The position numbers and the translations under genes are program-made. Positions 28,434 through 36,886 of a stretch of 47,797 nt of DNA are shown here, in pieces. Position 1 is the first letter of the stretch. Each line of letters begins with the position of its first letter. The notes beneath the pieces were generated by a model. It made no database searches. It was given only the letters and a program-made list of their open reading frames with translations, and was not told where the DNA came from. The stretch is taken from the UHGV virus genome UHGV-0368429; one strand, given 5' to 3'. The stretch is from a virus.

Positions 28434-29006
28434 TTACTCGTTGGTGCTGGTGGCAGGGATAATTTTCTGCCAAATTGCTGACACATATTTTGCCTGATGG
28501 CGCGCATCAGCCAGGGCGTTGTGAACATCGCCAATGAAAGGCATGTCACGCTTCGGATCGAAACCAACACTGCGACCGAGGGTAACAATCGTGCGTACAT
28601 CATGATCGTTCCAAAATTCCCAAGGGCATATGCGTCCGGCGCGTTCGTAAGCTCCGCGCAGAATCACATTGTCAAAGGTGGCCCCGTTACCCCAGACCTT
28701 CATGTATTTGAGATTATATGCATGCCGGTGAATGAAATGGCTAAGTTCCGACAGTGCATCAGTGATAGGCATCGCATCATCAACACAAATAGCTGAGCGC
28801 GCTTCAGGGCTTTGTTTTAGCCACCAAAGAATTGTATCTCCATCCGGTACCGCGCCTTGAGCCATTGCGCTTTCAAGCGAGACGGCCGTGTAAAATTCTT
28901 GGCCAAGTTCACCTGTTTGGGGGTTAAAAAAGACGGCACCAATTGAGACGATCGGCGCGTTTGGCTTTTTCCCCATTGATTCGAGGTCAATCATTAAATC
29001 GTTCAT
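28434..29006 (-). CDS. DnaQ-like 3'-5' exonuclease
   Basis: 190 aa; N-terminal MIDLESMGKKPNAPIVSIGAVFF (DxE motif) and C-terminal H...D consistent with the DEDDh fold. Confidence 0.6.
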   Translation of the reverse strand: MNDLMIDLESMGKKPNAPIVSIGAVFFNPQTGELGQEFYTAVSLESAMAQGAVPDGDTILWWLKQSPEARSAICVDDAMPITDALSELSHFIHRHAYNLKYMKVWGNGATFDNVILRGAYERAGRICPWEFWNDHDVRTIVTLGRSVGFDPKRDMPFIGDVHNALADARHQAKYVSAIWQKIIPATSTNE

Positions 29007-29008
29007 CG

Positions 29009-29185
29009 TTAGCTCTCAAATTTCCATGAATGGTTTATTACTTCAGTGGCATCGCCACGGCAGGGGTTATCTAATTTTTGTCCACCACACTGCCCGTACT
29101 CGACGTCTACCCAATCTGATATGTCGCTATCGGTAGCGTGATCCGGAACATCAATATCGATGGTTATGATGATTGTCTTAGGCAT
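29009..29185 (-). CDS. Unlisted small ORF (58 aa), hypothetical
   Basis: Hand-translated MPKTIIITIDIDVPDHATDSDISDWVDVEYGQCGGQKLDNPCRGDATEVINHSWKFES*; ATG overlaps the upstream stop (TGATG). Confidence 0.4.
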   Translation of the reverse strand: MPKTIIITIDIDVPDHATDSDISDWVDVEYGQCGGQKLDNPCRGDATEVINHSWKFES

Positions 29186-29424
29186 CAGGCATCATCCTCT
29201 TTATGGAAATTTACCCATTCAGTGTCCTCAGGTATTCCAGGGGATAGTAAAGGGTTTGTTGCAGCCAGCATTTCACCGGCTGCACCACTCCGCTGGATTC
29301 GGCGAAGCACTTCATAAATCTCGAACATCTCTATTCGTTCATCGCCTATGTCCAGCTCACAGGCCAACTTATGGCATTCACCGGCCAGCACCGCTACCTT
29401 CTGGAGGAATTCTGATTTAGTCAC
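29185..29424 (-). CDS. Hypothetical protein (probable GTG start coupled to upstream stop)
   Basis: AGGAGG SD followed 7 nt later by GTG 29424 overlapping the upstream TGA (GTGA); the listed ATG at 29472 is in-frame upstream. Confidence 0.5.
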   Translation of the reverse strand: MTKSEFLQKVAVLAGECHKLACELDIGDERIEMFEIYEVLRRIQRSGAAGEMLAATNPLLSPGIPEDTEWVNFHKEDDA

Positions 29425-30017
29425 AGCTTCACCTCCTGTTGTGGTGCTGCTGAGATCATCGCTGCCCAGCATAACTTGGCCCGATGCGCCGCTTGTTCGC
29501 AGCTACTCATTTTCTGATACGCCTCCCACACTTCAGATTTACTGAAGAATTCGTCTGGCTCCGACTCGAAGCCTTCGATAACCATCTTCTCCGTCGGCAC
29601 AATCGGTACCAGTTTCCAACCATCCGGAATCACCGGAGAGTTGCTGCAGCGCGAATCGGCATTTGAGGGCAAAGAATCTAATGCTGACGCGGGCTGCATG
29701 GTGCAGCGCGACTCGGTGTTTTCGGCACCCAGATGTATGGCGGTGCGGCAGGCGCTCCAGATTTTCTGTGCCAAAAATTTATCCCCGATGTTATGCGCCA
29801 GAAGACTGACAATCTGACCAGCCAGACCTTTTGGCATTTCTTCTGGCAATACCGGCGTTGGCGGGGCGGTGTAAAGCATCACTTGGCGGTGCGGATCAGC
29901 AAATTTATTGGCCTCACCACCAATAGCAAACAGATAGCCGCTGCCTCCATTCTTTACATCACGCAATTCATCCCCATCAGTCCACGCCACAGGCTCCACT
30001 TCAAGTGACGCCAGCAC
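29421..30017 (-). CDS. Hypothetical early protein
   Basis: 198-aa ORF in the leftward early operon; no recognisable motif. Confidence 0.5.
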   Translation of the reverse strand: MLASLEVEPVAWTDGDELRDVKNGGSGYLFAIGGEANKFADPHRQVMLYTAPPTPVLPEEMPKGLAGQIVSLLAHNIGDKFLAQKIWSACRTAIHLGAENTESRCTMQPASALDSLPSNADSRCSNSPVIPDGWKLVPIVPTEKMVIEGFESEPDEFFSKSEVWEAYQKMSSCEQAAHRAKLCWAAMISAAPQQEVKL

Positions 30018-30134
30018 ACGCTTAGCCAGCCAGCATTTCTCTTCGTCACCGTATGGATGGCCGCTATTTCTTTGAGGCGGCCAGTGCTTATATCGCCGCC
30101 GTCAGCGCGAAAAGGTTTAGGTGTTGATGGGCAG

Positions 30135-30491
30135 TTAGTCATTCCAGGCCTCCAGCTCGTTCTGAATCTCTTCGTCTATTTCGTCGTTGCTGGCCTCTTC
30201 ATTGAGGTAGCTCAGTGCTTCTTTCCTGTACTGCTCACGACGGCTGCTGTCGTACCAAACTGAGAATTCTGGAGACCAGCCACGGTCATCGCCGTTTTCA
30301 GCAAAAAAATCATGCATTGCGTTGTTATAGGCCAGGCTCTCTACCATGCATTCAGCAGTTGTCAGGGCGCATTCACGGATATAGCCGCGGAGATCGCGCT
30401 TATTCCACCACGGACTCACCTTCGAATCACAAAGGCCTTTGAACTCAACTTCCCAGCGGCGGATACAGCGTGCATTTAATGATTTGCTCAT
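30135..30491 (-). CDS. Hypothetical early protein
   Basis: 118-aa ORF; start overlaps the upstream gene stop. Confidence 0.5.
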   Translation of the reverse strand: MSKSLNARCIRRWEVEFKGLCDSKVSPWWNKRDLRGYIRECALTTAECMVESLAYNNAMHDFFAENGDDRGWSPEFSVWYDSSRREQYRKEALSYLNEEASNDEIDEEIQNELEAWND

Positions 30492-30700
30492 GCTGCACCA
30501 CCTTCGATCGGCTTTATACTGCTCAGAATCAAACGGCGTGATGTCAGCGGTGCGCCGCTTCGGCGGCCATCTTCTTTCCGGTAAGTTTCAGTGCGACCAA
30601 CACACCAGGTCGTTGGAGTCTCGCGCAACTGCACGGTTTTCTCGCCATCTTTGGTGATGATGGTTCCGGTATGGGTTTTTATTTTCTGGTTTATTGCCAT
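30488..30700 (-). CDS. Hypothetical early protein
   Basis: 70-aa ORF packed between neighbouring genes. Confidence 0.4.
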   Translation of the reverse strand: MAINQKIKTHTGTIITKDGEKTVQLRETPTTWCVGRTETYRKEDGRRSGAPLTSRRLILSSIKPIEGGAA

Positions 30701-30706
30701 TGTCGA

Positions 30707-30928
30707 TTACCCCTTACGCTGCTTTATCATGAGCTCTAAAACTTCCTGGCAACTGGCGCATGTTTTGCAGCCAGGCATTGCAACCCGGCGCGCCTCAGGA
30801 ATGTCCTCTTCGCATTCTGAACAGTGCTCTGCAGAGACTGCATTCTGATCAATACGGTGTTTTTGTATGGCCAGCTGCAGGCGGTGCTCTACCAGCTCGT
30901 TTGCCTGATCGATGATGTCTGAACTCAT
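30707..30928 (-). CDS. TraR/DksA-family C4 zinc-finger protein
   Basis: 73 aa with CSEC...(17)...CKTCASC, a four-Cys arrangement typical of phage TraR/DksA-like proteins. Confidence 0.65.
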   Translation of the reverse strand: MSSDIIDQANELVEHRLQLAIQKHRIDQNAVSAEHCSECEEDIPEARRVAMPGCKTCASCQEVLELMIKQRKG

Positions 30929-31428
30929 ACGGCACGCTCCTGGCGAAGTAACGCATCATGCAGTGCCATAGCACCCGCTTCACGGAGTGCTGCATCTTCA
31001 TAACTGATGCCGTTCGAATCCATGATGCAGTCCCTATCGAGGCACTCCGAGCAATCGTTGAGGGCAGATTTGATAGCGTGGGCACGCACTTCATCCAGTA
31101 CAGCGTCGGTCACATTGCCTGAATGGTCTGGGTCGGTGAACTCGATAAGGACTTCATTTCCTCTCTGAAGAAGTTCTTCATCAGATGCATAGGGGAGTTC
31201 ATCAGCAGTATTAAGGTGCCCATGATTATACCCAGCTGAATAAACCTGCCCGGCAGCCCATCGCACCGCCTGAACTTCCGCAGCTAGCGCAGCTACCTGC
31301 TTCTCAGCGTTTGACAGTTGAAGGAGGAGTTCTTCAACTAACGTCACACGCATCACTACCTTCTGGCAGTCGTTGCGTTTAGCTCTGGCGATTGTGCCGC
31401 GCAGAGTCGCGTATTTGTAGGTGGTCAT
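30925..31428 (-). CDS. Hypothetical early protein
   Basis: 167-aa ORF overlapping neighbours by 4 bp at both ends. Confidence 0.5.
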   Translation of the reverse strand: MTTYKYATLRGTIARAKRNDCQKVVMRVTLVEELLLQLSNAEKQVAALAAEVQAVRWAAGQVYSAGYNHGHLNTADELPYASDEELLQRGNEVLIEFTDPDHSGNVTDAVLDEVRAHAIKSALNDCSECLDRDCIMDSNGISYEDAALREAGAMALHDALLRQERAV

Positions 31429-31622
31429 TGGACGGACTCCTGACGAAGATGGTTAATTTCGGCGTCAAGGCTCATTCGCTGGTCCATCGATTCCGTCAAG
31501 GCGGCAAATGTAACGTCCAGGCGAGTGGCTACCTCACGCATCAGAGAGGCTTCTGCTGGTGGCAGTTTCCCCGCCGCAGCATGGGCTGCGGCTACCAGTT
31601 CTTTTATCTTCATGCGAGGCAT
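31425..31622 (-). CDS. Hypothetical early protein
   Basis: 65-aa ORF, translationally coupled. Confidence 0.4.
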   Translation of the reverse strand: MPRMKIKELVAAAHAAAGKLPPAEASLMREVATRLDVTFAALTESMDQRMSLDAEINHLRQESVQ

Positions 31623-32149
31623 GCGCGTGATTCCGTAAGCTCATTGAAACGGTTAATGAACAAGCCATATGCCTGGCCTGGGCGAAGAGGAACAATCTGG
31701 ATAATGTCGCTGGCCGGAATACCTTCGAGGCAAGGCCAGAGTGAGCCGTCGTCGATATCCAGATCGCGGCGTTCCGTGGCAAGCATCACCAGATCGGCGT
31801 ATTTCACTACCGCTGACATATCAGGGGTGATGCTGAATTTGGCCCGGATCAGCTGTTCTACCCGCTCTTCAATGCGACGGTAATCTGGAAGCAATGCTTT
31901 CAGGGGGGCAGGGATGTCCTGGCAATAGGCTTCAGCTGCGTCATGCATCAGGGCTTCAAAGGCAAACTCTGGCGGCACAATTTGGCTGCACAGTACCGAG
32001 TGCTGGGCCACGCTGTAAAATTCCGGCAGATGACCGCTGAAGCGGCAGATGTGGGAAAGTGCGGTCGCAATATCCTCGATCTCTACGTCGTCAGTGGTTG
32101 AATTGAGGTAATCGAATTTCTTACCTGAAAGTGTCTGGATATAACTCAT
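31610..32149 (-). CDS. HD-domain phosphohydrolase (YfdR-like)
   Basis: 179 aa; H...HD...D spacing (…VAQHSVLCSQI…ALMHDAAEAY…); YfdR-like assignment from memory. Confidence 0.55.
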   Translation of the reverse strand: MSYIQTLSGKKFDYLNSTTDDVEIEDIATALSHICRFSGHLPEFYSVAQHSVLCSQIVPPEFAFEALMHDAAEAYCQDIPAPLKALLPDYRRIEERVEQLIRAKFSITPDMSAVVKYADLVMLATERRDLDIDDGSLWPCLEGIPASDIIQIVPLRPGQAYGLFINRFNELTESRACLA

Positions 32150-32284
32150 CGTATTTTCTTCTCCATATTTGGCAGCTGCACCTGCGCCAGTTTTTGGTTG
32201 TACGAATCCCTCGCCATTGGCGATTAATAAAGGGAATTACGCTTCAATAAATCCCCGCGGCGCCGGGGATTTAATGCAGAGAAA

Positions 32285-33115
32285 TTACGCTTTAAAGTTA
32301 CCGATAAAGGTTTCAACCGGCTTGTCGGTGAACTTCTCGATCAGCAGGTCACGGAACTCGTTGGCGATAGCTTCTTCCTGGGCTTCCAGTTGAACGATGC
32401 GGAGTACAAACACCGGTTCACCGCTTTTAAGCAGGCTGTTACGCAGGCTAAAGCGGCGTTCGCCCAGGCCTTCATATGGCACGCATTTGAACTCGAAGGC
32501 GACAGGCATCACGTCTTTACTGCTGGCTTCAACGCTCTGCATCAGGGACTTTCTGCCGCCAAAATCTTCGTCTTCATGAGCTGCTTCCGAGACTTGTTTG
32601 ATATTGACGCGACGAACGGCACCAGCTGCCTGCGCGATGGACAACACATTCCCGTCGGCATCAAATGCGCTCAGGAAGTCGGCCCAGTCCTCCAGCCATT
32701 CAGCAATTTCCTTCTGGCCCAGTCGATCGCCATTTACCTGAAGTAGGGCTCGGAATGGCGCTGTCTTTTTGAGGGTGATAGATGCGACGTTATCAGCATG
32801 GCCAGGGTTAGCCAGAGTACCGATATTGAACACGGAGCGTGCGGTCATGTTGTCAGCATCGATAAAGCATCGCGCTGGTTCAGCTTCGTTGGCGTAGCCT
32901 GCTGCGTAACGCACAAAGTCAGGAATGCTGGTTGTAGTCATGGCACCGCGGAAACGAAAACGCTCAAACTCGAAACGCTCGAGGCTTTCTACGTGAACCC
33001 CTTCAGGAAGCAGGGCAGTCGGGCATGCCGTAACTTTTGCTGCATCCAGGTGGTAACCGGAAAGAACCAGGTCTTTCACCTGCTGCAGGGCGTTGCCGTC
33101 TAAAATCTGGGACAT
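32285..33115 (-). CDS. Phage protein, YfdQ/DUF2303-like (tentative)
   Basis: 276-aa ORF; family assignment from position and memory only. Confidence 0.45.
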   Translation of the reverse strand: MSQILDGNALQQVKDLVLSGYHLDAAKVTACPTALLPEGVHVESLERFEFERFRFRGAMTTTSIPDFVRYAAGYANEAEPARCFIDADNMTARSVFNIGTLANPGHADNVASITLKKTAPFRALLQVNGDRLGQKEIAEWLEDWADFLSAFDADGNVLSIAQAAGAVRRVNIKQVSEAAHEDEDFGGRKSLMQSVEASSKDVMPVAFEFKCVPYEGLGERRFSLRNSLLKSGEPVFVLRIVQLEAQEEAIANEFRDLLIEKFTDKPVETFIGNFKA

Positions 33116-33168
33116 AAAATTTCCTTAATATGTGATCAAATGGGTGTCAGTGATTTGTCTGCTGCGGA

Positions 33169-33540
33169 TCACTGTGCCGCTTTAAGCTTTCCGTCAACGC
33201 CGCCGTTGATCCCGAACAGCTGCCCCTGATCTTCCTGCAGTATGGTCAGCTTGCCGCCTTTGTTAACCCACATTGGTGTTTCGGTGGTGTCTTCTTCGGA
33301 GGCTTTACCGCGCGGGGTTGGGGTGACGTAGTTCAGCTTGTGCTTGATCTTGACGCGCTTCTCTTCGACGGAGTTACCCATACGCTCAATATCAAAGGTG
33401 AGGACTACTTTGCCTTTGGTACCGTTGTTCAGAACGCCAAGCGCGGTAGTGTTTAAAGCTGCCGCGATCTTGTTCATGAACACGCCGGCATCCAGTTCGC
33501 CCAGGAAATCGGGCACTACGGTCATGCGGTCACTACTCAT
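33169..33540 (-). CDS. Hypothetical early protein
   Basis: 123-aa ORF; ATG overlaps the stop of a small upstream ORF (ATGA). Confidence 0.5.
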   Translation of the reverse strand: MSSDRMTVVPDFLGELDAGVFMNKIAAALNTTALGVLNNGTKGKVVLTFDIERMGNSVEEKRVKIKHKLNYVTPTPRGKASEEDTTETPMWVNKGGKLTILQEDQGQLFGINGGVDGKLKAAQ

Positions 33541-33749
33541 GGTTTAACCCTCTCTGAGGCGGCTGCCACCGCCAGTGGAACTTCTCCATACACAACAGAA
33601 AAGGGCACCTGCGCTTCGGCTATGGTTAGGAGGTCCATTTCCATAGCGCCCGGGTGGATTGGGGAATGAGCCCGTCGCCCGGTGATGCCCTTGTCTCTTG
33701 TGTAAAAAAGGTGCCCACCGATGTGATGGGCAAAGACTACACACAGCAA
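33537..33749 (-). CDS. Small ORF coupled to the downstream gene (start uncertain)
   Basis: Frame ends with TGA overlapping the next ATG; listed product begins at a TTG; a 35-aa ATG-initiated version (MEMDLLTIAEAQ...) is possible. Confidence 0.25.
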   Translation of the reverse strand: MLCVVFAHHIGGHLFYTRDKGITGRRAHSPIHPGAMEMDLLTIAEAQVPFSVVYGEVPLAVAAASERVKP

Positions 33750-34079
33750 TGATTTTGTTGTGGCGGTGGTGCCTCCACCTGCCGGGCCGGCCAGAACCGG
33801 CGACGCTACACCTCAAGAAACGTATTCATTTCAAAAGTTGAAATAAAAACTTGTTGGCCTCGTCACGTGCGCAGAGCCGCATTACCACAACTGGAAGCGC
33901 ACTACTTCGGTAACAAACCTGCCCCCGCAGTGAAAGAGAGAAGGAGTGCGCTTTCACGTTGTGCCCTTAAAAAGCTGGCTGTCACCCTCAAGGGGAAAGT
34001 GAGCAGCCAGAACAGGGATCACGTCTTATTGCTTTGGCCTGCTTTTAACCACATCAGGCGCGGTGGTTTGGTGTCGACA

Positions 34080-34168
34080 GAAAAAAATCTAACTTAACTT
34101 AGTTTATTGGTCAAGTGAAAACATCAAACTAAACTTAGCTTGATGCTTAGAGGAAGAGCGGGAAGGGA
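34080..34168. promoter_or_regulatory. oL/pL region: leftward early promoter with operator repeats
   Basis: On the minus strand TTGACC-17-TAGATT; repeated CTTAG/CTAAG half-sites; directly downstream of the cI stop. Confidence 0.55.
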
Positions 34169-34795
34169 TTAGAGTTCGTACTGAACGCCTTTAACTACGC
34201 CAATAATGAGGCAGTTACCATTGATCGGGATGTTGGGGTAGCGAGGATTTAGTGGGACTAAAAATTTTTGTGGGCCATCAATGACCAGTTTTTTAACAGT
34301 CGCTTCGTTAGTGCCATCAATACGCGCAACAACAATCTTGCCATGAAGGGGTTCGGCATCTGGATCAACAATAACGGTTGCCCCTTCAGGGATTGTTGGG
34401 AGGCCATTTGGATTGGTCATTGAATCCCCTTTGACCTCTAAAGCGAACGAGCTATCCCCAATGCGTAGTGATGTTTCAACCCATTTATCAACATCACTGA
34501 ATAAATCAGCGGCCTTACATTCCGTAAACTGCCCAGCTTGAACCCAGGAAATCACGGGCACACGCCTCATTTTAGTTATGAGGGTACCTTCAAATTCAGT
34601 GCCGTAAAGAATGTAATCTATTGATGTATTGAAGAATTTAGCCAGCTTAACCAGCGATTCTCCGTTTGGGATATTCACATCCTTTTCCCAATAACCCACC
34701 GCTACGTCACTAACCCCGCAGAACTTACCCAGTTCTTTTTGAGAGGTTTTTGTAACCCTGCGTAGGGCTTTAATGCGCTGACCAACCGTTTCCAT
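34169..34795 (-). CDS. cI: CI-like repressor (HTH + LexA-like S24 self-cleaving domain)
   Basis: 208 aa; N-terminal HTH; C-terminal ...AG...GDSM...K... catalytic motifs; divergent from cro across the oR region. Confidence 0.85.
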   Translation of the reverse strand: METVGQRIKALRRVTKTSQKELGKFCGVSDVAVGYWEKDVNIPNGESLVKLAKFFNTSIDYILYGTEFEGTLITKMRRVPVISWVQAGQFTECKAADLFSDVDKWVETSLRIGDSSFALEVKGDSMTNPNGLPTIPEGATVIVDPDAEPLHGKIVVARIDGTNEATVKKLVIDGPQKFLVPLNPRYPNIPINGNCLIIGVVKGVQYEL

Positions 34796-34894
34796 GAAAG
34801 CACCAAATTTAAAAAAGACTAAGTAATCTTAGTTTTTATTGACCAAAGTTAGATTGGTTATTAATATCTAACCAAACTTAGCTAAGGAGGCTTC
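34796..34894. promoter_or_regulatory. oR region: pR (and presumably pRM) with palindromic operators
   Basis: TTGACC (34839..34844)-17-TAATAT (34862..34867) reading toward cro; palindromes ACTAAGTAATCTTAGT (34818..34833), ACCAA..TTGGT (34842..34858), CTTAGCTAAG (34877..34886); AGGAGG SD before cro. Confidence 0.65.
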
Positions 34895-35110
34895 ATGACA
34901 ACCGACGAGATTGAACAACATTTCGGCAGCACTGAGAAAGTTGCCGAATTTTTTGGCATCACCAGTGAGGCCGTTTACCAGTGGCGTAATCGCCCCGGAC
35001 GCTTAATCCCTAAAGGACGAGCTGCTGAAGCTGCGTATCGAACTGCTGGTGAACTGGAATTCAACCCAGAACGTTATGGCAAGAATACATCGCCTAACGA
35101 TCAGAAATAA
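34895..35110 (+). CDS. cro: Cro-like HTH regulator
   Basis: 71 aa with HTH (…EKVAEFFGITSEAVYQWRNR…); first gene rightward from oR. Confidence 0.75.
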   Translation: MTTDEIEQHFGSTEKVAEFFGITSEAVYQWRNRPGRLIPKGRAAEAAYRTAGELEFNPERYGKNTSPNDQK

Positions 35111-35132
35111 CCACAGAAGGGAGGACCTAGCC

Positions 35133-35681
35133 GTGGGTATAGAACCTGAATGGAAAGTAGATAAGCAGCCAGCCTGGCTGGTGGCCGCAATCAAAAAAAC
35201 GATCACCGAGCTGCCTGGCGGATATTCAGAAGCTGCTGAGTGGTTGGGTGTGACCGAGAACGCGCTGTTTAACCGGCTGCGTACCGATGGTGATCAGATC
35301 TTCCCGCTCGGTTGGGCGATGGTGCTTCAGCGTGCTGGTGGTTCAAACCACATCGCGAACGCTATTGCACGTCACTCGAACGGTGTTTTTGTGCCATTGG
35401 CTGATGTTGAAGAGATTGAGAACGGCGATATCAACCAGCGTCTCATGGAGTCAGTTGAGTGGATCGGCAGGCATTCGCAATACGTTCGTAAAGCTACCGC
35501 TGACGGCGTTATTGATGCTCAGGAACGCGCCCAGATCGAAGAGAACAGCTATCAGGTGATGGCTAAGTGGCAGGAACATTTGACGCTGCTTTTCCGTGTG
35601 TTTTGCGCGCCGGAAAAGAGTGACGCCCGCGAGTGTGCAGCTCCGGGCGTCGTGGCAGACAAATCTTGTATGGAGAAGTAA
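35133..35681 (+). CDS. CII-like / YdaT-like regulatory protein (tentative)
   Basis: GTG 35133 after GGGAGG SD; HTH-like segment (…SEAAEWLGVTENALFNRLR…); occupies the cII position; the listed ATG at 35049 lies inside cro. Confidence 0.4.
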   Translation: MGIEPEWKVDKQPAWLVAAIKKTITELPGGYSEAAEWLGVTENALFNRLRTDGDQIFPLGWAMVLQRAGGSNHIANAIARHSNGVFVPLADVEEIENGDINQRLMESVEWIGRHSQYVRKATADGVIDAQERAQIEENSYQVMAKWQEHLTLLFRVFCAPEKSDARECAAPGVVADKSCMEK

Positions 35682-35853
35682 TCCGCATGACCAGTTTAAC
35701 GGCTTTTAACCGTTTACCGCAACTGAGGATGATCCCGGTACCGGGCGCTCCGTTGTTTCGGTATGAACGCAGAATAGCAAACCGCTGGGTGCCATGTAAC
35801 CACAGTCGGGCGGTCGCAATTGTGGGGGTTTACTACAGGAAGGCGAAACGCTT

Positions 35854-36033
35854 ATGCGCGAAGTTAACCGAAGGTTCAAAGACCACAGAGGGATCCCCGT
35901 TCGGGTTATCCGGTGGGAGCCAGAGACTCAACGAGTTATCTACCTGCGGGATGGTTATAACCACGAATGTTTCAGCCCGCTCGAACAATTCAAGCGCAAG
36001 TTTACAGAGTTAAAGGACGACCATGAGCACTAA
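35854..36033 (+). CDS. Unlisted small ORF (59 aa), hypothetical
   Basis: Hand-translated MREVNRRFKDHRGIPVRVIRWEPETQRVIYLRDGYNHECFSPLEQFKRKFTELKDDHEH*; AGGAAGG upstream; overlaps the O-like gene start by 11 nt. Confidence 0.3.
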   Translation: MREVNRRFKDHRGIPVRVIRWEPETQRVIYLRDGYNHECFSPLEQFKRKFTELKDDHEH

Positions 36034-36886
36034 ATTAACGGGTTACGTTTGGGACGCTTGTGCCGCTTCTGGCATGAAGCTGTCCAGCGTTGCCATCATG
36101 GCGCGTCTGGCAGACTTCAGCAGTGATGAAGGGGTTAGCTGGCCTTCCATCGCTACCATCGCGCGCCAGATTGGTGCCGGTGAGAGCACGGTTCGAACAG
36201 CCATATCTCAACTGGAAAAAGACGGGTGGTTAACCCGCCAGCAGCGCCGTAAAGGCAACCGCAATGCATCGAACGTTTACCAGCTCAATGTTGCGAAATT
36301 ACAGGCTGCTGCCTTTTCTCACCTGTCAGATTCTGACGCATCAAAATCTGATGCCTCAAAAACCGACGCGTCAAAATCTGAGGCATCAAAAAACGATGAA
36401 AAAGACGGTTTTCACCCGTCAGAATCTGGGGGGGATCCGTCAGTAAATACAACTACTGATCCATCAGATAAAAAACATTCTTGTCCGGTTGCTGCGCAAC
36501 CCGACCCTGTGGTGGTTATCACCGATCAGGCGAAGCAGGTTTTATCACATCTGAACAAGACCACCGGATCACGGTATCAGGTCTGCAAATCGTCCTTGGA
36601 AAACATCCGGGCTCGCCTGGCTGACGGGTTTACGCCCGATGAGCTGCTGTTGGTGGTGGATTACAGCGTCGAGAAGTGGGGCGAAGATCTGAAAATGGCC
36701 GAATATCTGCGCCCAACAACGTTGTTTTTGCCATCTAAATTCCCAGGTTACCTGCAATCCGCAAATAAGTGGAACGCAGCAGGACGCCCAGAACGACAGT
36801 ACTGGGGCTCAATTCGTAAGCATGATCCGATGAAATTTGGTGGGCCAGATAAAGCCATCCCAGCTGGCTTCAGGGGAGCGAAATGA
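36023..36886 (+). CDS. Replication initiator (lambda O-like replisome organiser)
   Basis: 287 aa; N-terminal winged-helix-like region; central repetitive linker encoded by the iterons; occupies the lambda O position. Confidence 0.65.
   Translation: MSTKLTGYVWDACAASGMKLSSVAIMARLADFSSDEGVSWPSIATIARQIGAGESTVRTAISQLEKDGWLTRQQRRKGNRNASNVYQLNVAKLQAAAFSHLSDSDASKSDASKTDASKSEASKNDEKDGFHPSESGGDPSVNTTTDPSDKKHSCPVAAQPDPVVVITDQAKQVLSHLNKTTGSRYQVCKSSLENIRARLADGFTPDELLLVVDYSVEKWGEDLKMAEYLRPTTLFLPSKFPGYLQSANKWNAAGRPERQYWGSIRKHDPMKFGGPDKAIPAGFRGAK
36335..36400 (+). repeat. Four 15-bp direct repeats (candidate ori iterons) inside the O-like gene
   Basis: TCAAAA[TA]C[TC]GA-type units starting at 36341, 36356, 36371 and 36386 with exact 15-bp period; flanked by palindrome GTCAGATTCTGAC; encode (DASKS)n. 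Confidence 0.5.

Noticed and set aside
33867-34097. 76-aa plus-strand ORF in the pL leader region
   Set aside because: Would be transcribed against the direction of pL and run into the operator region; no SD; basic, low-complexity translation. Kept only as an open question under the pL-leader finding.
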